NCBI RefSeq assembly: GCF_003324675.1
Contig: NZ_CP030918.1
Location: forward strand, 2,520,001 to 2,552,000
Length of the DNA stretch: 32,000 nt
Reading direction: 5' to 3'
DNA from: Paracoccus suum
GTDB taxonomy: Bacteria; Pseudomonadota; Alphaproteobacteria; Rhodobacterales; Rhodobacteraceae
Both the position numbers and the translations under genes were made by a program. How positions within the stretch are numbered: position 1 is the first letter of the stretch; each line of letters starts with the position of its first letter. This document shows, in pieces, positions 29,727 through 32,000 of the stretch. Under the pieces are notes generated by a model, which saw only the letters and a program-made list of their open reading frames with translations, had not been told where the DNA came from and made no database searches.

Positions 29727-31553
29727 TTGCTAGATCGTTTCACCGACGCCATCGCGGCCCGCGCCGCTGCCGTACGTGCGCGGCCAGAGCGCGCCCTGCC
29801 CTTTCTCGGCTGGATGCGCGGCTACGACCGCACTACGCTGTCTGCGGACATGCTGGCGGCGGTGATCGTCACCATCATGCTGGTCCCCCAGTCGCTGGCC
29901 TACGCGCTGCTGGCCGGACTGCCACCCGAGGTCGGGCTCTATGCCTCCATCGCGCCGCTGCTGGTCTATGCGGTGCTCGGCACCTCGCGCACCCTCGCGG
30001 TCGGCCCGGTCGCGGTCGTCAGCCTGATGAGCGCGGCGGCCGTGGGAAAGCTGGCAGCGCAGGGCACGCCAGAGTTTCTGGGCGCCGCCATCGTACTGGC
30101 GATGCTTTCCGGGCTCATCCTGCTGGTGATGGGCGTGCTGCGGTTGGGGTTTCTGGCCTCGTTCTTGTCGCATCCGGTCATCTCGGGGTTCATCACCGCA
30201 TCGGGGCTGCTGATCGCCGCGTCACAGCTGGGCAATATCCTCGGCATCAAGGCCAGCGGCAGCACGCTGCCGGCAATCCTGACCGGGCTCGTCACGCGCT
30301 TCGGCCAGATCCAGCCAGCGACCCTCGCGCTGGGCCTGCTCGCGCTCGGCATGCTGATCTGGGCACGAACGCGGCTCGGCCCGCTGCTGAAGGCACGGGG
30401 CTGGGGCGAGACCCAGCGCCAGATCGTGACGCGCGCGGCGCCCGTTGCAGCGGTGGTCGTGACAACAGTGATCTCCTGGGCCTTCAACCTCGGCGCGCAT
30501 GGAACCTCGATCGTCGGCACGATTCCATCCGGTCTGCCGCGCCCGGCGCTGCCGCCCCTGGACCCCAGCCTCTGGGCGCAGATCGCCCTGCCGGCACTGA
30601 TGATTTCCATCGTCGGCTATGTTGAAACCATCTCGGTCGCGCAAACCCTTGCCGCCCGCCGCCGCCAACGCATCGACCCCGATCAGGAGCTTGTGGCACT
30701 CGGCGGGGCGAACATCGCCTCGGCCATATCTGGCGGCTATGCGGTGACGGGCGGCTTCGCCCGCTCGGTGGTCAATTTCGACGCGGGCGCGCGGACACCG
30801 GCCGCGGGCGCGTTCACCGCGGTGCTGATGTCCATCGGCACGCTGACGCTGACCGGAGCCCTTTACCACCTGCCGCAAGCAACCCTTTCCGCCACGATCA
30901 TCGTCGCCGTGCTGTCGCTGGTTGATCTGCGCGCCCTGCCCCGCGTCTGGCGCTATTCGCCAGGCGACGGCGCGGCGATGATCGTCACCATCGCAGCGAC
31001 GCTGCTGGAGGGGGTCGAGACCGGCATCGCCCTCGGCGTCATCCTGTCGATCGTGATTCACCTCTACCGCAGCTCGCGCCCGCATGTCGCGGTCGTGGGT
31101 CAAGTGCCCGGTACCGAGCATTTCCGCAACATCGACCGCCACCGGGTCGGCACCTCGTCCGCAGTGCTGTCATTGCGGATCGACGAAAGCCTCTATTTCC
31201 CGAATGCCCGTTTCCTCGAGGATTCGATCTACGACCGCGTCGCCGCCGACCCTGAGATTCGTCATGTGGTGCTGATGTGCCCTGCGGTGAATGCAATCGA
31301 CTCGAGTGCACTCGAAGCCCTTGAGGCGGTGAACGCGCAACTCAGGGACAGCGGCGTCACCCTGCACCTCAGCGAAGTAAAGGGCCCGGTCATGGACCGT
31401 CTGCGTCGCAGCGACTTCCTCGAACAGCTCAGCGGCGAGGTCTTTCTCAGCCAGGCCGACGCCATGGCGAAGCTGGCCCCCGATCTGACGGAACGGATGC
31501 GCCGACAGCCCCGGCGCGAAACTTCGCGCGAAGAGGCCCGGGCAAGCAGCTAA
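29727..31553 (+). CDS. SulP family anion (sulfate/sulfite-type) transporter with C-terminal STAS domain
   Basis: 608 aa. LPFLGWMRGYDRTTLSADMLAAVIVTIMLVPQSLAYALLAGLPPEVGLYAS is the SulP signature region. STAS segment VVLMCPAVNAIDSSALEALEAVNAQLRDSGVTLHLSEVKGPVMDRL. The TTG start at 29727 is implied because the only in-frame ATG lies inside the conserved region. Confidence 0.88.
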   Translation: MLDRFTDAIAARAAAVRARPERALPFLGWMRGYDRTTLSADMLAAVIVTIMLVPQSLAYALLAGLPPEVGLYASIAPLLVYAVLGTSRTLAVGPVAVVSLMSAAAVGKLAAQGTPEFLGAAIVLAMLSGLILLVMGVLRLGFLASFLSHPVISGFITASGLLIAASQLGNILGIKASGSTLPAILTGLVTRFGQIQPATLALGLLALGMLIWARTRLGPLLKARGWGETQRQIVTRAAPVAAVVVTTVISWAFNLGAHGTSIVGTIPSGLPRPALPPLDPSLWAQIALPALMISIVGYVETISVAQTLAARRRQRIDPDQELVALGGANIASAISGGYAVTGGFARSVVNFDAGARTPAAGAFTAVLMSIGTLTLTGALYHLPQATLSATIIVAVLSLVDLRALPRVWRYSPGDGAAMIVTIAATLLEGVETGIALGVILSIVIHLYRSSRPHVAVVGQVPGTEHFRNIDRHRVGTSSAVLSLRIDESLYFPNARFLEDSIYDRVAADPEIRHVVLMCPAVNAIDSSALEALEAVNAQLRDSGVTLHLSEVKGPVMDRLRRSDFLEQLSGEVFLSQADAMAKLAPDLTERMRRQPRRETSREEARASS

Positions 31554-31574
31554 GCTGACGCTGGCGGGGTGGTC

Positions 31575-31928
31575 TCAGGCCGGGACACCCAACGCGCGCT
31601 TGACGTTCGCAGTCCAGCCCAGCCAATGGCCGTCCTTGCCTGCATCCCCGGCAAGGATCGCCGGACGCTTCATCAGGGCCGGTTTCGCGCCAAGCTGGGT
31701 GATTGGGTCGGCCCCGCGCTCATCCTCGGTCATCGCGCGCCAGGTCAGGCTTGCGCGATTTACCAATTTCTCGCCGAACGTCGTCAACAACTCCTCGCGC
31801 TCGGCTTCGTTCAACGGCGTCTCGGTGACATCGCGGAACGTGATCTGATGTCCGGCGGCCTGCAGGTCCGCCAGAGCCTTCTGGCAGGTCGAGCACTTCT
31901 GCAGGCCCAGAATTGTCAGGGCCGCCAT
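31575..31928 (-). CDS. ArsC/Spx/YffB family protein (arsenate reductase-like thioredoxin fold)
   Basis: 117 aa. ILGLQKCSTCQKALADLQAAGHQITFRDV and KRPAIL are typical of the ArsC family. Confidence 0.8.
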   Translation of the reverse strand: MAALTILGLQKCSTCQKALADLQAAGHQITFRDVTETPLNEAEREELLTTFGEKLVNRASLTWRAMTEDERGADPITQLGAKPALMKRPAILAGDAGKDGHWLGWTANVKRALGVPA

Positions 31929-32000
31929 CAGATGAACGGTACCAGCGGGACGACGTTGCAGGCGGCCAGCAAGGCGGTGGCGGCGATCAGCACGGCAAGG
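31928..32000 (-). CDS. 3' end of an unidentified hydrophobic protein (partial at window edge)
   Basis: The minus-strand frame is open from the window edge (..LAVLIAATALLAACNVVPLVPFI*). Its TGA overlaps the ArsC-family ATG by 1 nt (TGATG). Confidence 0.3.
   Translation of the reverse strand, partial: LAVLIAATALLAACNVVPLVPFI

Noticed and set aside
1-32000. CRISPR arrays, IS elements/transposases, toxin-antitoxin pairs, or recognisable defence systems (RM, Abi, CBASS, retron RT, etc.).
   Set aside because: I found no regularly spaced repeats. No transposase, reverse-transcriptase, nuclease-NTPase or methyltransferase signatures appeared in any ORF. The only nucleases are the terminase-associated HNH, TerL and the housekeeping MmcB-like protein.

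Overview
High-G+C chromosomal segment (roughly mid-60s % by eye, not computed). Gene content looks alphaproteobacterial, probably Rhodobacterales-like. tRNA-His shows G1:U72, A73 and no encoded G-1, as I recall for the alphaproteobacterial type. Left flank is housekeeping: tRNA-Gly(CCC), a DUF1489 protein, ribB(A)-ribH-nusB, an AEC transporter and an MmcB-like nuclease. The main finding is a 9.7-kb element inserted into the 3' half of tRNA-His (5730-5806) and bounded by 50-nt direct repeats (5757-5806 and 15468-15517, 49/50 identical). All of its genes are on the minus strand: a P4-type integrase, two AlpA/excisionase-type HTH proteins, an orphan 230-aa protein, a 790-bp ORF-free structured spacer, then a tightly packed HK97-type head and packaging module. 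That module runs TerL, HNH, major capsid, prohead protease, connector-like protein, portal and an orphan 170-aa protein. No tail, lysis, repressor, small-terminase or recognisable replication genes are present. I read it as a candidate capsid-forming, tail-stealing phage satellite (cf-PICI-like) with an unusually small size and a shuffled head-gene order. Right of the element lies a five-gene translationally coupled glycan operon (16047-25159). Three of its products are two-domain fusions: GT-UDP-galactopyranose mutase, GT4-Gfo/Idh/MocA oxidoreductase and GT4-GH-A-type glycosidase. After it come a YqjD/YqjE-like membrane stress pair, a degenerate receiver protein, grxD-bolA, a thioredoxin-like/persulfide dioxygenase-like/DUF442/SulP sulfur cluster and an ArsC-family gene. 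All family calls come from motif recognition by eye; no database search was run.
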